The notes under the pieces are model-generated. The model did no database searches. It saw only the letters and a program-made list of their open reading frames with translations, and was not told where the DNA came from. DNA of 64,000 bases. It comes from an uncultured Chloroflexia bacterium. Its GTDB lineage: Bacteria; Chloroflexota; Limnocylindria; Limnocylindrales; CSP1-4. The stretch is taken from NCBI GenBank assembly GCA_963825995.1, contig CAWGVH010000003.1:215828-279827 (forward strand), read 5' to 3'. The first letter of the stretch is position 1. Each line of letters opens with the position of its first letter. Below, in pieces: positions 1 to 17,985 of the stretch. Made by a program: the position numbers and the translations under genes.

Positions 1-89
1 ACGAGGAGGAGATCCACTTCGCCGAGGACCCCTCGGCCTACCCGCTGCCTGACCTGGGTGGCATCAACCTGGCCGGTTTCGAGGACTGA
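1..89 (+). CDS. rpoB: RNA polymerase beta subunit, C-terminal end (partial, truncated by window edge)
   Basis: Frame open from the window edge, ...EEEIHFAEDPSAYPLPDLGGINLAGFED, stop TGA 87-89, 90 nt upstream of rpoC. The call rests mainly on rpoB-rpoC synteny. Confidence 0.55.
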   Translation, partial: EEEIHFAEDPSAYPLPDLGGINLAGFED

Positions 90-110
90 ACGACGTAGCG
101 AGGGCCGTTT

Positions 111-132
111 GACCCGGAGCCCGCTCCGGGTC
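111..132 (+). other. GC-rich inverted repeat in the rpoB-rpoC spacer
   Basis: GACCCGGAGC cc GCTCCGGGTC, 10-nt arms read directly. No U-tract, so it is an intercistronic hairpin rather than a clear terminator. Confidence 0.3.
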
Positions 133-179
133 GCCCGCGCATCCCGCATCGCTGACCGTGCTGCGGCTGAAGGAGAACG

Positions 180-4740
<4,561 letters not shown>

Positions 4741-4855
4741 TGGTCGAGCGGTCGGTCGAGGTCAAGGCCGGGACTGCCCGCTCATCGCGGACCCGCCCGG
4801 CACCGCCGGCCCTGGCCTCGCTCGCCGCGTCGGCTCACACGCCGTTGCCCGGTCG

Positions 4856-4884
4856 TTGACGCTACAGCGGTCCGCTGCTACACT
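4856..4884 (+). promoter_or_regulatory. candidate sigma-70-type promoter of the rpsL (str) operon
   Basis: TTGACG (4856-4861), 17-nt spacer, TGc-TACACT (extended -10, 4876-4884). About 225 nt upstream of the rpsL GTG. Confidence 0.5.
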
Positions 4885-5110
4885 TCGCCGTCGCGGCCCG
4901 GACGGCCGTGACGGTGTCTGCCTGTCGACCTGAACGTCGCCGAGCACACCGGGCGGTACTCCCGTGAGGGGCCCGCGAGCGGGACCTACCCCGGGACCCA
5001 GACGGCCGCCGCATCCAGAACGAAGACACCCAAGGACAGGGGACCGTGCGCTCCGTGTGCGGTCCAGAGACGGACGACGGTCGTCCATCCAAGGAGGAGA
5101 CGAGAGCTCC

Positions 5111-5524
5111 GTGCCGACCATCAGCCAGCTCGTGCGCAAGGGCCGCCGGCCCAAGCAGGCGAAGATCAAGGCCCCCGCCATGCGCAAGAACTGGAACAGT
5201 TTGCGCCAGCGCCAGGTGCCCACGCCCGGCGCCCCGCAGAAGCGGGGTGTCTGCCTGCAGGTGCGCACCATGACGCCGAAGAAGCCCAATTCGGCCCTGC
5301 GCAAGATCGCACGCGTGCGGCTCACCAACCAGATGGAAGTCACCGCCTACATCCCCGGCATCGGGCACAACCTCCAGGAGCACTCCGTGGTCCTGGTTCG
5401 CGGTGGCCGGGTGAAGGACCTGCCCTCGGTGAAGTACCACGTCATCCGCGGCACGCTTGATGCCGCCGGCGTCAACAACCGCAGGCAGGGCCGTTCCCTG
5501 TACGGCGCCAAGAGGCCCAAGTAG
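5111..5524 (+). CDS. rpsL: 30S ribosomal protein S12 (long form, 137 aa)
   Basis: GTG 5111 preceded by AAGGAGGAG (5091-5099). [44 protein letters not shown]. The longer ORF-track start 4964 is rejected (R/P-rich, no homology). Confidence 0.95.
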   Translation: MPTISQLVRKGRRPKQAKIKAPAMRKNWNSLRQRQVPTPGAPQKRGVCLQVRTMTPKKPNSALRKIARVRLTNQMEVTAYIPGIGHNLQEHSVVLVRGGRVKDLPSVKYHVIRGTLDAAGVNNRRQGRSLYGAKRPK

Positions 5525-5989
5525 ATGCCCCGTCGATCGCAGATCCCGCGCAAGGCCAAGTACTCGACCCCACTCCTGCGCAACACGGACCGCTTCGTCG
5601 TCAAGCTCATGCGGGATGGCAAGAAGGGTCTGGCGGAGAAGATCCTGCGCCAGGCGCTGGCCCGCGCAGAGGCCTCCTCCGGTCGCCCCGGCCTGGAGGT
5701 CCTGGACCTCGCGCTGCGCAATGCGACGCCGATCATCGAGGTCAAGCCCCGCCGCGTCGGTGGTGCCACCTACCAGGTGCCCGTCGAGATCCGCGGCGAT
5801 CGCCGTATGTCGCTCGGTGTGCGCTGGTTGGTGCAGGCCGCCCGCAAGCGCAGCGGCAAGTCCATGAGCGAGAAGCTCGCCTTCGAGCTGGTGGACGCCA
5901 TGAACGGCCTCGGTGCCGCCGTCAAGCGGCGCGAGGACACGCACAAGATGGCTGACGCCAACAAGGCCTTCAGCCACTTCCGCTGGTAA
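5525..5989 (+). CDS. rpsG: 30S ribosomal protein S7
   Basis: Starts immediately after the rpsL stop; MPRRSQIPRKAK...ATYQVPVEIR...; 154 aa. Confidence 0.95.
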   Translation: MPRRSQIPRKAKYSTPLLRNTDRFVVKLMRDGKKGLAEKILRQALARAEASSGRPGLEVLDLALRNATPIIEVKPRRVGGATYQVPVEIRGDRRMSLGVRWLVQAARKRSGKSMSEKLAFELVDAMNGLGAAVKRREDTHKMADANKAFSHFRW

Positions 5990-6021
5990 GCGGACCGCAG
6001 CAGACGAGGATGTAGCGACCA

Positions 6022-8097
6022 GTGGCACGAGGGGTTCCGCTCTCACGAACGCGGAACATCGGCATCATCGCGCATATCGACGCCGGCAAGACGACCGTCA
6101 CCGAGCGGATCCTGTTCTACACGGACAAGATCTACAAGATCGGTGAGGTCCACGAGGGCGCGGCCACGATGGACTGGATGCCCCAGGAGCAGGAACGGGG
6201 CATCACCATCACGGCCGCGGCTACGACGTGCTTCTGGAACGACCATCGTTTCAACATCATCGATACGCCCGGGCACGTGGACTTCACCATGGAGGTCGAG
6301 CGCAGCCTGCGCGTGCTGGACGGCGCGGTGGTCGTCTTCGATGGCGTAGCTGGCGTCGAGCCCCAATCGGAGACGGTCTGGCGCCAGGCGGATCGCTACG
6401 GCGTGCCGCGCTTCTGCTTCATCAACAAGCTCGATCGCACGGGGGCGGACTTCTGGCGGGGCGTGGCCTCCATCCGCGAGCGACTCGGCGCCAACGCCGT
6501 GCCGGTCCAGATCCCCATCGGCGAGGAGGGCCGCTTTCGCGGCGTCATCGACCTCGTCGAGCGCAAGGCCATCATCTACCGCGACGACCTGGGCAAGGAG
6601 ATCGAGGTCATCGAGATCCCCGAGGAGCTGCGAGCCGAGGCCGAGCAGCACCGCGCCGCCATGATCGAGGCCGTGGCCGACCTCGACGACGAGCTGACCA
6701 CGAAGTACCTCGAGGGCGAGGAGATCACGGTCGAGGAGACTCGCCGCGCCCTGCGTCTGGGCACGCTGCAGAACCGCATCGTCCCGGTGCTGACCGGCTC
6801 GGCCCTCAAGAACAAGGGCATCCAGCCGATGCTCGACGCCGTGGTCCACTACCTGCCCTCGCCGCTGGACGTGCCACCCATCGTGGGCCGCGATCCGCGC
6901 ACCGACCTGGAGGTCGTCCGCGCCGTCGACGACAAGGCGCCCTTCGCGGCGCTGTGCTTCAAGATCGCTGCCGACCCCTACGTGGGCAAGCTGGCCTTCT
7001 TCCGCGTCTACAGCGGCCGGCTCAAGACGGGCTCCTACGTCTACAACGCCAGCAAGGACCGCAAGGAACGCATCGGGCGCATCGTCGAGCTGCACGCCAA
7101 CCATCGCGAGGAGATCGAGGAGGTCTCGGCCGGTGACATCGCCGCTGCCGTGGGCCTGCGCGAGACCTTCACCGGCGACACGCTCACGGACCTGGAGCAT
7201 CCCGTCATCCTCGAGTCGATGGTCTTTCCAGAGCCGGTCATCGAGGTGGCCATCGAGCCCAAGACCAAGGCCGACCAGGACAAGCTGGCCATCGCCCTGC
7301 AGCGCCTGGCCGAGGAGGACCCCACCTTCCGCGTCAAGAATGACGAGGAATCGGGCCAGACCCTCATCGCCGGCATGGGCGAGCTGCACCTGGACGTGCT
7401 CGTGGACCGCATGACGCGCGAGTTCAAGGTGGCCGCCAACGTGGGCAAGCCGCAGGTCTCCTATCGCGAGACCATCCGCCGCCCGGCCCAGGGCAACGGC
7501 CGCTTCGTGCGCCAGACCGGTGGCCGAGGCCAGTACGGCCACGCCGTCATCAAGCTCGAGCCCGGCGAGAAGGGCAGCGGCTACGAGTTCGTGGACAAGA
7601 TCGTCGGCGGGGTCATCCCGCGCGAGTACATCAAGCCCATCGATGCCGGCATCCGCGAAGCCCTCGAGACGGGGGTCTACGCTGGCTTCCCCATGGTGGA
7701 CATCAAGGCCACCCTCTTCGACGGCTCATTCCACGAGGTCGACTCCTCGGAGATGGCCTTCAAGATCGCCGGCTCGATGGCCGTCAAGGACGCCGTACAG
7801 AAGGCCTCCCCGACCATCCTCGAACCGGTCATGCGAGTCGAGGTCGTCATGCCCGAGGAGTTCATGGGCGACGTCATCGGCGACCTCAACAGCCGTCGCG
7901 GCCACATCGAGGGCATGGACAACCGCAATGGCACCCAGGTCGTGAGCGCATTCGTGCCGCTCGCCTCGATGTTCGGCTACGTGACCGACCTGCGCAGCGA
8001 GACGCAGGGTCGGGCGACCTCCTCCATGGAGTTCTCGCACTACGCCGAGGTGCCCCAGTCCATCGCCGCCGAACTGGTCCAGAAGGCCAGGGCCTGA
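6022..8097 (+). CDS. fusA: elongation factor G
   Basis: [27 protein letters not shown] GTPase motifs; 691 aa; str-operon position. Confidence 0.96.
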   Translation: MARGVPLSRTRNIGIIAHIDAGKTTVTERILFYTDKIYKIGEVHEGAATMDWMPQEQERGITITAAATTCFWNDHRFNIIDTPGHVDFTMEVERSLRVLDGAVVVFDGVAGVEPQSETVWRQADRYGVPRFCFINKLDRTGADFWRGVASIRERLGANAVPVQIPIGEEGRFRGVIDLVERKAIIYRDDLGKEIEVIEIPEELRAEAEQHRAAMIEAVADLDDELTTKYLEGEEITVEETRRALRLGTLQNRIVPVLTGSALKNKGIQPMLDAVVHYLPSPLDVPPIVGRDPRTDLEVVRAVDDKAPFAALCFKIAADPYVGKLAFFRVYSGRLKTGSYVYNASKDRKERIGRIVELHANHREEIEEVSAGDIAAAVGLRETFTGDTLTDLEHPVILESMVFPEPVIEVAIEPKTKADQDKLAIALQRLAEEDPTFRVKNDEESGQTLIAGMGELHLDVLVDRMTREFKVAANVGKPQVSYRETIRRPAQGNGRFVRQTGGRGQYGHAVIKLEPGEKGSGYEFVDKIVGGVIPREYIKPIDAGIREALETGVYAGFPMVDIKATLFDGSFHEVDSSEMAFKIAGSMAVKDAVQKASPTILEPVMRVEVVMPEEFMGDVIGDLNSRRGHIEGMDNRNGTQVVSAFVPLASMFGYVTDLRSETQGRATSSMEFSHYAEVPQSIAAELVQKARA

Positions 8098-8170
8098 GCG
8101 CAGGCCGACCCACCCGTCAGCACCGTAGAGCATCAGTAGCAGTCAAGGACGTAGCAGAGGACACACGAGG

Positions 8171-9367
<1,197 letters not shown>

Positions 9368-9370
9368 GCC

Positions 9371-9679
9371 ATGGCACGGCAGCGGATCCGGATCCGCCTC
9401 AAGGCATACGATCATCGGCTGCTGGACCAGTCCGCTCTCCAGATCGTGGAGACGGCCCAGCGCACCGGTGCCGAGGTCGTCGGCCCGGTCCCGCTGCCGA
9501 CGCGCATCGAGAAGTTCACCGTGCTGCGTTCGCCGTTCATCGACAAGGACAGCCGGGAGCAGTTCGAGATCCGCACCCACAAGCGGCTCATCGACATCCT
9601 GGACCCCTCGTCCAAGACCGTGGACGCCCTGATGCGACTCTCGCTGGCCGCTGGCGTCGACATCGAGATCAGGATGTAG
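9371..9679 (+). CDS. rpsJ: 30S ribosomal protein S10
   Basis: [16 protein letters not shown]...; 102 aa; first gene of the S10 operon. Confidence 0.95.
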   Translation: MARQRIRIRLKAYDHRLLDQSALQIVETAQRTGAEVVGPVPLPTRIEKFTVLRSPFIDKDSREQFEIRTHKRLIDILDPSSKTVDALMRLSLAAGVDIEIRM

Positions 9680-10288
9680 ATGACGATCGGAGTGATCGGC
9701 CGCAAGGTCGGGATGACACAGGTCTTCGCGGAGGACGGCACGATGGTGCCGGTCTCCGTGCTATCCATCGAACCGAACACCGTGACCGAGCTGCGCACGC
9801 TCGAGCGTGACGGCTACACGGCCGTGCAGGTCGGCGCCGGCACGGCCAAGCGTCTGAGCAAGCCGCGCCTGGGCCAGCTCAAGGACCTGCCGCGGGTACG
9901 CGACGTGCGCGAGTTCCGCGTCGACGACGTGAGCCCCTTCGCGGTCGGGCAGAAGCTCGACGTGAGCCTCTTCGAGGCCGGAGAGTCCGTGGACATCACG
10001 GGTGTCTCCAAGGGCAAGGGCTTTGCCGGCACGGTCAAGCGCCACCACTTCCGCCGTGGCCCGGAGACGCACGGCTCGGACTCCCATCGAGCGCCAGGCT
10101 CCATCGGCGGCGGTACCACGCCCGGCAAGGTCTTCAAGGGCTCCGGCATGGCCGGCCATATGGGCCATGAGCGGGTCACGGTCAAGGGCGCCACCATCGT
10201 GCGCACCGACGCCGAGCGCAACCTGCTGCTGGTGCGTGGTCCGGTGCCCGGCCCGCGCAATGCGCTCATCGTGGTCAGGAAGGCCTAG
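9680..10288 (+). CDS. rplC: 50S ribosomal protein L3
   Basis: [13 protein letters not shown]...[12 protein letters not shown]; 202 aa. Confidence 0.95.
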   Translation: MTIGVIGRKVGMTQVFAEDGTMVPVSVLSIEPNTVTELRTLERDGYTAVQVGAGTAKRLSKPRLGQLKDLPRVRDVREFRVDDVSPFAVGQKLDVSLFEAGESVDITGVSKGKGFAGTVKRHHFRRGPETHGSDSHRAPGSIGGGTTPGKVFKGSGMAGHMGHERVTVKGATIVRTDAERNLLLVRGPVPGPRNALIVVRKA

Positions 10289-10290
10289 CC

Positions 10291-10914
10291 ATGCCCACCA
10301 GTCCGCTCTTCGACAAGTCCGGCGCCGAGACCGGCACCATCGACCTGCCCGACGCCCTCTTCGCGGCGCCCGTCAACACGGCGCTCATGCACCAGGCTGT
10401 CGTCGCCCAGCTCGCCGGCCGGCGCATCGGCACGGCGTCCACCAAGACCCGCGGCATGGTCCGCGGCGGCGGCAGGAAGCCCTACCGCCAGAAGGGCACC
10501 GGCCGCGCCCGCCAGGGCTCGCGATCGGCGCCGCACTACGCCGGCGGCGGTGTGGTCTTCGGCCCCAGTCCGCGCAGCTACGAGAAGCGTCTCCCCAGAC
10601 GCATGAAGCGCGCGGCGCTCGTGGGCGCCCTCACCAGCAAGTTCGATGACGGCGCCGTCAAGGTCGTCAGCGACCTGGCTCTCGATGAGATCCGCACCCG
10701 CCAGCTGGTCGGTCATCTCGAGGCCCTCCGCGCCAGTGGTCGCATCCTGCTCGTCGAGGACGGCAAGAACGAGCACCTGGAGCTCTCGGCCCGCAACCTG
10801 CCTCGGGTGACCGTCATCCGCTCCGACTCACTCAACATCGTCGATGTCCTGGCGGCCGACCTCATCGTCATCACCGCGCCGTCGATCCCGACCATGTCGG
10901 AGGTGTACGCATGA
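10291..10914 (+). CDS. rplD: 50S ribosomal protein L4
   Basis: [15 protein letters not shown] motif; 207 aa; operon order. Confidence 0.94.
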   Translation: MPTSPLFDKSGAETGTIDLPDALFAAPVNTALMHQAVVAQLAGRRIGTASTKTRGMVRGGGRKPYRQKGTGRARQGSRSAPHYAGGGVVFGPSPRSYEKRLPRRMKRAALVGALTSKFDDGAVKVVSDLALDEIRTRQLVGHLEALRASGRILLVEDGKNEHLELSARNLPRVTVIRSDSLNIVDVLAADLIVITAPSIPTMSEVYA

Positions 10915-11213
10915 CGCTCGAAGCGACGCAGGTCGTCCTGCGCCCGGTCATCAGCGAGAAGTCGATGGACAGCACGAGCCGCCAGAAGTACACCTTCGCG
11001 GTCGCCGACGAGGCCAACAAGCTGCAGATCAAGGCAGCCGTGGAGGAGCTCTTCAAGGTCACGGTGCTGAGCGTCAACGTCTTGACCATGAAGCCCAAGG
11101 AGAAGTCGCGGAACCGCCGTCGGGGCCGCCAGGTCGGCTACACCTCTCCCTGGAAGAAGGCCGTCGTGACCGTCAAGGCCGGCGACTCGATCGAGTTCTT
11201 CGAGGGAGTCTAG
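10911..11213 (+). CDS. rplW: 50S ribosomal protein L23
   Basis: [10 protein letters not shown]...[23 protein letters not shown]; 100 aa. Confidence 0.94.
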   Translation: MTLEATQVVLRPVISEKSMDSTSRQKYTFAVADEANKLQIKAAVEELFKVTVLSVNVLTMKPKEKSRNRRRGRQVGYTSPWKKAVVTVKAGDSIEFFEGV

Positions 11214-11215
11214 AG

Positions 11216-12043
<828 letters not shown>

Positions 12044-12057
12044 GCAGGAGGAGCGTC

Positions 12058-12342
12058 ATGTCACGTTCCCTCAAGAAGGGACCGTACGTCGAGCAGCGGC
12101 TCCTGGCCCGCGTGCAGACGATGAACCGCAACAGCGAGAAGCAGGTGCTCAAGACGTGGTCACGCGCGAGCGTCATCTTCCCGGATTTCATCGGTCACAC
12201 CGTGGCGGTCTACAACGGCCGCAAGCACGTCCCGGTGTTCATCTCAGAGAACATGGTCGGCCACCGGCTCGGTGAGTTCGCCCCCACCCGCAACTACCGC
12301 GGGCACGGGCGCCACACCGAGCGGTCGACATCGCTGAAGTAG
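12058..12342 (+). CDS. rpsS: 30S ribosomal protein S19
   Basis: [10 protein letters not shown]...[17 protein letters not shown]; 94 aa. Confidence 0.95.
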   Translation: MSRSLKKGPYVEQRLLARVQTMNRNSEKQVLKTWSRASVIFPDFIGHTVAVYNGRKHVPVFISENMVGHRLGEFAPTRNYRGHGRHTERSTSLK

Positions 12343-12352
12343 GGGCCGGAAC

Positions 12353-12691
12353 GTGCGAGTCTCTGCCACTGCCAAGTACATCCGCCGCTCCACGCGCAAG
12401 ACACGCCTGGTCACCCGGGCCATCGTCGGGCGTCCCGTGGAGGAAGCTGAGGCCATCCTGCGCTTCATGCCGCAGGGCGCTGCCAGGGATGTGGCCAAGG
12501 TGCTCAGGAGCGCCACGGCCAACGCCGAGAACAACCATGACCTGCCTGCCGACGAGCTCTTCGTCGCCGAGGCCATCGCCAATGAGGGACCCACCATCAA
12601 GCGCTGGCGACCACGCGCCCAGGGGCGCGCATTCCCCATCATCAAGCCCATGACCCACATCACGGTCGTGGTCGAGAACCGGGAGGCCTAG
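12353..12691 (+). CDS. rplV: 50S ribosomal protein L22
   Basis: GTG start; [14 protein letters not shown]...[18 protein letters not shown]; 112 aa. Confidence 0.94.
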   Translation: MRVSATAKYIRRSTRKTRLVTRAIVGRPVEEAEAILRFMPQGAARDVAKVLRSATANAENNHDLPADELFVAEAIANEGPTIKRWRPRAQGRAFPIIKPMTHITVVVENREA

Positions 12692-12693
12692 GC

Positions 12694-13365
12694 ATGGGAC
12701 ACAAGGTCCATCCCAACGGCTTCCGCCTGGGCGTCTCGCGCACCTGGAACGCCAAGTGGTATTCCGACAAGGACTACCGCGACCTGCTGCATGAGGATAT
12801 CGCCATCCGCAGCCTGGTCCAGAAGCGGCTCGCCAACGCGAGCGTCTCGCTGGTCGAGATCGAGCGCGGCATCAACCACGTCACCGTCACGGTCCACACC
12901 GCGAAGCCGGGCATCGTCATCGGCAAGGGCGGTGCCAACGTGGAGGCCCTCCGTACGGCCGTCGGCAAGCTCACCGACCGCAAGGTCAAGCTGGAGATCC
13001 GGGAGATCCGCCAGCCAGAGCTCGACGCCGTCCTGGTGGCCACCAATATCGCCCAGCAGCTGACCCGCCGTATCGCCTTCCGCAAGGCCATCAAGCAGTC
13101 CATCCAGCGCAGCATGAAGGCCGGCGCCAAGGGCGTGAAGGTCCAGGTCTCAGGTCGCCTCGGCGGCTCGGAGATGGCCCGCCGCGAGTGGGACCGTGAA
13201 GGTCGCATCCCGCTGGGGACCTTGCGCGCTGACATCAGCTACGGCCAGGTGCTCTCGCGCACGACCTACGGCGCCATCGGCGTCAAGGTCTGGATCTACC
13301 GCGGGGAGGTCCTGCCCGAGCGGACCACGCCGACCGAGCCGGTCGTGACCGGGGCCGGGGTGTAG
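12694..13365 (+). CDS. rpsC: 30S ribosomal protein S3
   Basis: [13 protein letters not shown]...[10 protein letters not shown] (KH domain); 223 aa. Confidence 0.95.
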   Translation: MGHKVHPNGFRLGVSRTWNAKWYSDKDYRDLLHEDIAIRSLVQKRLANASVSLVEIERGINHVTVTVHTAKPGIVIGKGGANVEALRTAVGKLTDRKVKLEIREIRQPELDAVLVATNIAQQLTRRIAFRKAIKQSIQRSMKAGAKGVKVQVSGRLGGSEMARREWDREGRIPLGTLRADISYGQVLSRTTYGAIGVKVWIYRGEVLPERTTPTEPVVTGAGV

Positions 13366-13367
13366 CC

Positions 13368-13796
13368 ATGCTGATGCCCCGACGTGTCAAGCACCGCAAG
13401 CAGCAGCGAGGCCGCATGAGCGGCATCGCCAAGGGCGGCAGCACCATCGCCTTCGGCGACTACGCCCTCATGACCGAGGAGCCTGGCTACATCACGAGCC
13501 GCCAGATCGAAGCCGCCCGACGAGCCATGACCCGCTACGTCCGACGCGGCGGCAAGATCTGGATCCGCATCTTCCCGGACAAGCCGGTCACCAAGAAGCC
13601 GGCCGAGGTCCGCATGGGCAAGGGCAAGGGCGCAGCCGACCACTGGGTCGCGGTCGTCAAGCCCGGCCGCATCCTCTTCGAGATGGCCGGCGTGCCCCAC
13701 GAGGACGCCGTCGAGGCCATGCGGCTGGCCAGTCACAAGCTGCCCACCAGCGTCAAGTTCCTGGTCCGGGAGGGGGTCCAAGATGGAGATCGCTAA
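13368..13796 (+). CDS. rplP: 50S ribosomal protein L16
   Basis: [17 protein letters not shown]...RMGKGKG; 142 aa. Confidence 0.95.
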   Translation: MLMPRRVKHRKQQRGRMSGIAKGGSTIAFGDYALMTEEPGYITSRQIEAARRAMTRYVRRGGKIWIRIFPDKPVTKKPAEVRMGKGKGAADHWVAVVKPGRILFEMAGVPHEDAVEAMRLASHKLPTSVKFLVREGVQDGDR

Positions 13797-14019
13797 GGCC
13801 CGCAGCCTCTCCGAGCAGCAGCTCGTGGAGGAGCTGGTGTCCGCGCGACGCCACCTCTACGACCTGCGTTTCCAGCTGGCCACTCGCCAGCTCACCGATT
13901 ACAGCCAGATCTCGCAGACGCGGCGCGACATCGCCCGGCTGCTGACCGTGCAGACGGAGCGCGAGCTCGAGGCGCGGTCGGCAGAGGCACGCCCGGTCGC
14001 GGCTGCCGGAGGGAAGTAG
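13783..14019 (+). CDS. rpmC: 50S ribosomal protein L29
   Basis: [29 protein letters not shown]; overlaps rplP by 14 nt; 78 aa. Confidence 0.9.
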   Translation: MEIAKARSLSEQQLVEELVSARRHLYDLRFQLATRQLTDYSQISQTRRDIARLLTVQTERELEARSAEARPVAAAGGK

Positions 14020-14460
14020 ATGAGCGCCGTGACTGCATCCGCGCGCGGCAAGCGCAAGGCCAAGGTCGGCCGCGTCGTGTCCGACAAGATGGACAAGACC
14101 ATCGTCGTTTCGGTCGAGCGGCTGGCCCGCCACCGCATCTACAAACGCGTCATCCGTCTGACCACCAAGTTCAAGGCGCACGACGAGCACAACGAAGCCC
14201 ACGTGGGCGACACGGTGCGCATCGAGGAGGCTCGGCCACTGTCGGCCACCAAGCGCTGGCGGCTCGTCGAGATCGTGGCCCGCGCCAGCGACAGCGCCAA
14301 GCAGGTCATCGTGGCCGACGAGCCTGCGACCGCGGAGGCCATCCACGGGGCCGCCCACCCGGGCCGCGAGACCGGGGCAGAACCTGCCGCTGCAGCCGTG
14401 GCGGACGCTCCTGCCCCCGTCGTTGAGGCCGTCGCGACCCCCGAGGAGGCCTCCGCATGA
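14020..14460 (+). CDS. rpsQ: 30S ribosomal protein S17 with a ~57-aa Ala/Pro/Glu-rich C-terminal tail
   Basis: [28 protein letters not shown]...KRWRLVEIV core, then a low-complexity tail; 146 aa. Confidence 0.92.
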   Translation: MSAVTASARGKRKAKVGRVVSDKMDKTIVVSVERLARHRIYKRVIRLTTKFKAHDEHNEAHVGDTVRIEEARPLSATKRWRLVEIVARASDSAKQVIVADEPATAEAIHGAAHPGRETGAEPAAAAVADAPAPVVEAVATPEEASA

Positions 14461-14825
14461 TCCAGCCCAGCACGCGCCTGCGCGTGGCCGACAACACCGG
14501 CGCCCGGACCGTGGAATGCATCCGCATCATGGGCCGCTCGCAGGCACCCACGGCCGGTGTCGGCGACGTCATCATCGCCACCGTCAAGCAGGCCATCCCC
14601 AACGCCGCCGTCAAGAAGGGTGACGTCGTGCGCGCCGTCATCGTGCGCACGGCCAAGGAGTACGGACGACCCGACGGCAGCTACATCCGCTTCGACGAGA
14701 ACGCCGCCGTGCTCATCAACAACCAGGGCAACCCGCGCGGCACCCGGATCTTCGGGCCCGTGGCCCGCGAGCTGCGCGACCGCAACTACATGAAGATCAT
14801 CTCCCTCGCGCCGGAGGTGCTCTGA
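14457..14825 (+). CDS. rplN: 50S ribosomal protein L14
   Basis: [17 protein letters not shown]...; 122 aa. Confidence 0.96.
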   Translation: MIQPSTRLRVADNTGARTVECIRIMGRSQAPTAGVGDVIIATVKQAIPNAAVKKGDVVRAVIVRTAKEYGRPDGSYIRFDENAAVLINNQGNPRGTRIFGPVARELRDRNYMKIISLAPEVL

Positions 14826-15289
14826 TGGCACCTACCGCCAAGCCACGCCGCCATACCCGTGTCCCGGACCTGCGCGCCGGTGATGAGGTGCTGGTGCTGA
14901 CGGGCAAGGACGCCGGCAAGCGTGGGGTGATCCAGCACGTCGTCCGCCACCAACAGGGCTGGAGCCGCTCGACGGAGCGCTTCGGTGCCGGCTGGCAGGA
15001 CCGCTCTCCGCTGGCCGGGGCGGCCGTCGTCATCGAGGGTCTCAACATCGCGAGGCGCCATACCAAGCCCCGCGCAGTGGCAGGCCGGACGGAGCGCCAG
15101 CCGCGCGTCCAGCAGGGCGGCATCCTCGACATCCCTCAGCCCATCGCCATCAGCAACGTCATGCTCGTCTGCCCACATTGCTCGCGCCCTACGCGCGTGC
15201 GCCACGAGCGCTCGGCCGACGGCCACGGCGCTCGCTCCTGCGGCCACTGCGGCGAGACGGTGACCCGAGTGGAGGCCAGGAAGAAGTGA
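14825..15289 (+). CDS. rplX: 50S ribosomal protein L24 (enlarged, with a 4-Cys ribbon)
   Basis: KOW motif [34 protein letters not shown]...CGHC; 154 aa. Confidence 0.9.
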   Translation: MAPTAKPRRHTRVPDLRAGDEVLVLTGKDAGKRGVIQHVVRHQQGWSRSTERFGAGWQDRSPLAGAAVVIEGLNIARRHTKPRAVAGRTERQPRVQQGGILDIPQPIAISNVMLVCPHCSRPTRVRHERSADGHGARSCGHCGETVTRVEARKK

Positions 15290-15828
15290 GCAGCGGACTG
15301 CGCCAGCGCTACCAGGAAGAGGCCGTGCCGGCCCTCCAGAAGGAGTTCGGCTACGGGAACCCCATGGAGGTCCCGCGCCTCACCAAGATCGTCGTCAACA
15401 TCGGGCTCGGAGAGGCGCTCACCAACGCCAAGGCCGTCGATGCCGCCGTGGGCGACCTGACCAAGATCACCGGGCAGAAGCCGGTGGTCACCAAGGCCAA
15501 ACGCTCCATCGCCCAGTTCAAGATCCGCGAGGGCAACACCATCGGCGTCAAGGTCACCCTGCGCGGTCAGCGCATGTGGGACTTCCTCGAGCGCCTGACC
15601 CGCATCGCGCTGCCCCGCATCCGTGACTTCCGGGGCGTGCCCTCGAAGTCCTTCGACGGGCGGGGCAACTACTCGCTGGGCCTGCGCGAGCAGCTGGCCT
15701 TCCCGGAGATCGACTACGACAAGGTCGACCGGCTGCGGGGGCTGGAGATGACGATGGTCACGACGGCCAAGACCGACGAGGAGGCCCAGCGCCTGCTGGC
15801 CCTCCTCGGCATGCCCTACGCGAGCTAG
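15286..15828 (+). CDS. rplE: 50S ribosomal protein L5
   Basis: GTG 15286 overlaps the rplX stop (GTGA). [36 protein letters not shown]; 180 aa. ORF-track start 15178 rejected. Confidence 0.94.
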   Translation: MSSGLRQRYQEEAVPALQKEFGYGNPMEVPRLTKIVVNIGLGEALTNAKAVDAAVGDLTKITGQKPVVTKAKRSIAQFKIREGNTIGVKVTLRGQRMWDFLERLTRIALPRIRDFRGVPSKSFDGRGNYSLGLREQLAFPEIDYDKVDRLRGLEMTMVTTAKTDEEAQRLLALLGMPYAS

Positions 15829-15839
15829 AGGAACGACCG

Positions 15840-16025
15840 ATGGCCAAGAAGTCGATGATCGCCAAGGCGAAGCGCACGCAGCGCTTCGGGGTCCGCTCCT
15901 ACCACCGTTGCTATGTCTGTGGTCGACCGCGTGGCTACATGCGCCGCTTCGGCCTCTGCCGCATCTGCTTCCGGGAGCGCGCCCTGCTGGGCGAGCTACC
16001 GGGCGTCACCAAGTCCAGCTGGTAG
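15840..16025 (+). CDS. rpsN: 30S ribosomal protein S14, type Z (zinc form)
   Basis: 61 aa, [20 protein letters not shown]. Confidence 0.94.
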   Translation: MAKKSMIAKAKRTQRFGVRSYHRCYVCGRPRGYMRRFGLCRICFRERALLGELPGVTKSSW

Positions 16026-16029
16026 GTCA

Positions 16030-16425
<396 letters not shown>

Positions 16426-16431
16426 AGGCTG

Positions 16432-16977
16432 ATGTCACGCGTCGGCCGGCTTCCCATCACCATTCCCTCGGGCGTCGCCATCGACGTCGACGGCAACCAC
16501 GTCGTGGTCACGGGACCCAGGGGCACCCTGGAACGCGACATCGCCCCACTGCTCTCGCTGGTCACCGAGGACGGCCAGCTGCGCGTCCAGCGTCCCAACG
16601 ACGAGAAGCGCGCTCGGGAGCTCCACGGGCTCACCCGCAGCCTCATCAACAACATGGTCGTGGGCGTCACTGAGGGCTACCGTCGTGGCCTCGAGATCCA
16701 GGGCGTGGGCTACCGCGCCCAGCTCGTGGGCAGCAAGCTGCAGCTCAACCTCGGGTACAGCCACCCCATCGAGATCGAACCCCCCGAGGGCATCGCCTTC
16801 GAGGTGGACAACCCCACGCGCGTCGCCGTGACCGGCATCGACAAGGAGCTGGTCGGGCGCATGGCAGCCAAGATCCGGGCCTGCCGCAAGCCTGAGCCCT
16901 ACAAGGGCAAGGGCGTCCGCTATGCAGGCGAGATCGTGCGCCGCAAGGCCGGCAAGGCCGGCAAGGTCGGCGGCTGA
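16432..16977 (+). CDS. rplF: 50S ribosomal protein L6
   Basis: [15 protein letters not shown]...[11 protein letters not shown]; 181 aa. Confidence 0.95.
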   Translation: MSRVGRLPITIPSGVAIDVDGNHVVVTGPRGTLERDIAPLLSLVTEDGQLRVQRPNDEKRARELHGLTRSLINNMVVGVTEGYRRGLEIQGVGYRAQLVGSKLQLNLGYSHPIEIEPPEGIAFEVDNPTRVAVTGIDKELVGRMAAKIRACRKPEPYKGKGVRYAGEIVRRKAGKAGKVGG

Positions 16978-17062
16978 TCCGCCGCCCATCTGACGAACCA
17001 GTAACCCCGGGTCGAGGCGCCCATCCGGTGCCACGATCCATAGCAGGAGACCGACGACCGCG

Positions 17063-17425
17063 ATGCCACCGGCCAACAGCCGCACCAGCGCCCGTCAGAA
17101 GCGTCACTCGCGGCTCCGCCTTCGCGTGGCGGGCTCCGCTGAGCGACCGCGCCTGGCGGTCTTCCGAAGCATCAACCAGATCTATGCCCAGGTCATCGAC
17201 GATGCCAGCGGCCATACCCTGGCCAGCGCCTCCTCCCTTGAGGCAGCGCTGCGAGGGGCCGCCGGCACCAAGACCGAGCGGGCCAGGCAGGTGGGCACCC
17301 TCGTGGGCCAGCGTGCCAGGGCCGCCGGCATCGACCGTGTCGTGTTCGATCGGGCCGGGTTCAAGTACCACGGACGGATCCGCTCGCTCGCCGAAGGCGC
17401 GCGAGAGGCCGGCCTGGACTTCTAG
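17063..17425 (+). CDS. rplR: 50S ribosomal protein L18
   Basis: [20 protein letters not shown]...[12 protein letters not shown]; 120 aa. Confidence 0.94.
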   Translation: MPPANSRTSARQKRHSRLRLRVAGSAERPRLAVFRSINQIYAQVIDDASGHTLASASSLEAALRGAAGTKTERARQVGTLVGQRARAAGIDRVVFDRAGFKYHGRIRSLAEGAREAGLDF

Positions 17426-17436
17426 GAGGAGAGGCC

Positions 17437-17985
17437 ATGGCCCGGATCGATCCCAACAAGCTCACTCTCGAGGAACGCGTCGTCCAGATCAATCGCGTTG
17501 CCAAGGTCGTCAAGGGCGGCCGCCGCTTCAGCTTCAGCGCGGTGGTCGTGGTCGGTGACGGTGCCGGTCACGTCGGCGTCGGCCTGGGCAAGGCCGGTGA
17601 GGTGCCCGAGTCCATCCGCAAGGGCGTCGAGGACGCCAAGAAGAACCTCATCAAGGTGCCCCTCGTGGGCACCACCGTGCCTCACGAGGTCCGCCAGCAG
17701 TACGGTGCCAGCACCGTGCTTCTGAAGCCGGCCTCGCAGGGCACCGGCGTCATCGCCGGCAGCTCCGTGCGAGCCGTGGTCGAGGCGGCCGGCGTCCGCG
17801 ACATCCTTTCCAAGTCGCTGGGCTCCAACAACCCGGTCAACGTCACGCGGGCCACGCTCGAGGGCCTGCGCAACATGCGCTCCGCCGCCGAGCTGTCCGC
17901 ATGGCGGGGCAAGACGCTGCGCAGCGTCATCCCCGGGCAGCCCACCACGGAGACCACGCGCGAGGGGGCTGGCGATGACCGCTAA
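17437..17985 (+). CDS. rpsE: 30S ribosomal protein S5
   Basis: [27 protein letters not shown]; 182 aa. Confidence 0.95.
   Translation: MARIDPNKLTLEERVVQINRVAKVVKGGRRFSFSAVVVVGDGAGHVGVGLGKAGEVPESIRKGVEDAKKNLIKVPLVGTTVPHEVRQQYGASTVLLKPASQGTGVIAGSSVRAVVEAAGVRDILSKSLGSNNPVNVTRATLEGLRNMRSAAELSAWRGKTLRSVIPGQPTTETTREGAGDDR

Noticed and set aside
4964-5110. Upstream extensions in the ORF track for rpsL (4964), rplB (10844), rplE (15178), rpsH (15913), rpsD (22783), truA (25037), glmS (28993), tsaE (36667), the FNR gene (to 52458) and ppdK (52185).
   Set aside because: The extensions overlap the preceding genes or are compositionally junk. Internal starts give canonical N-termini, usually with an SD or start/stop coupling.
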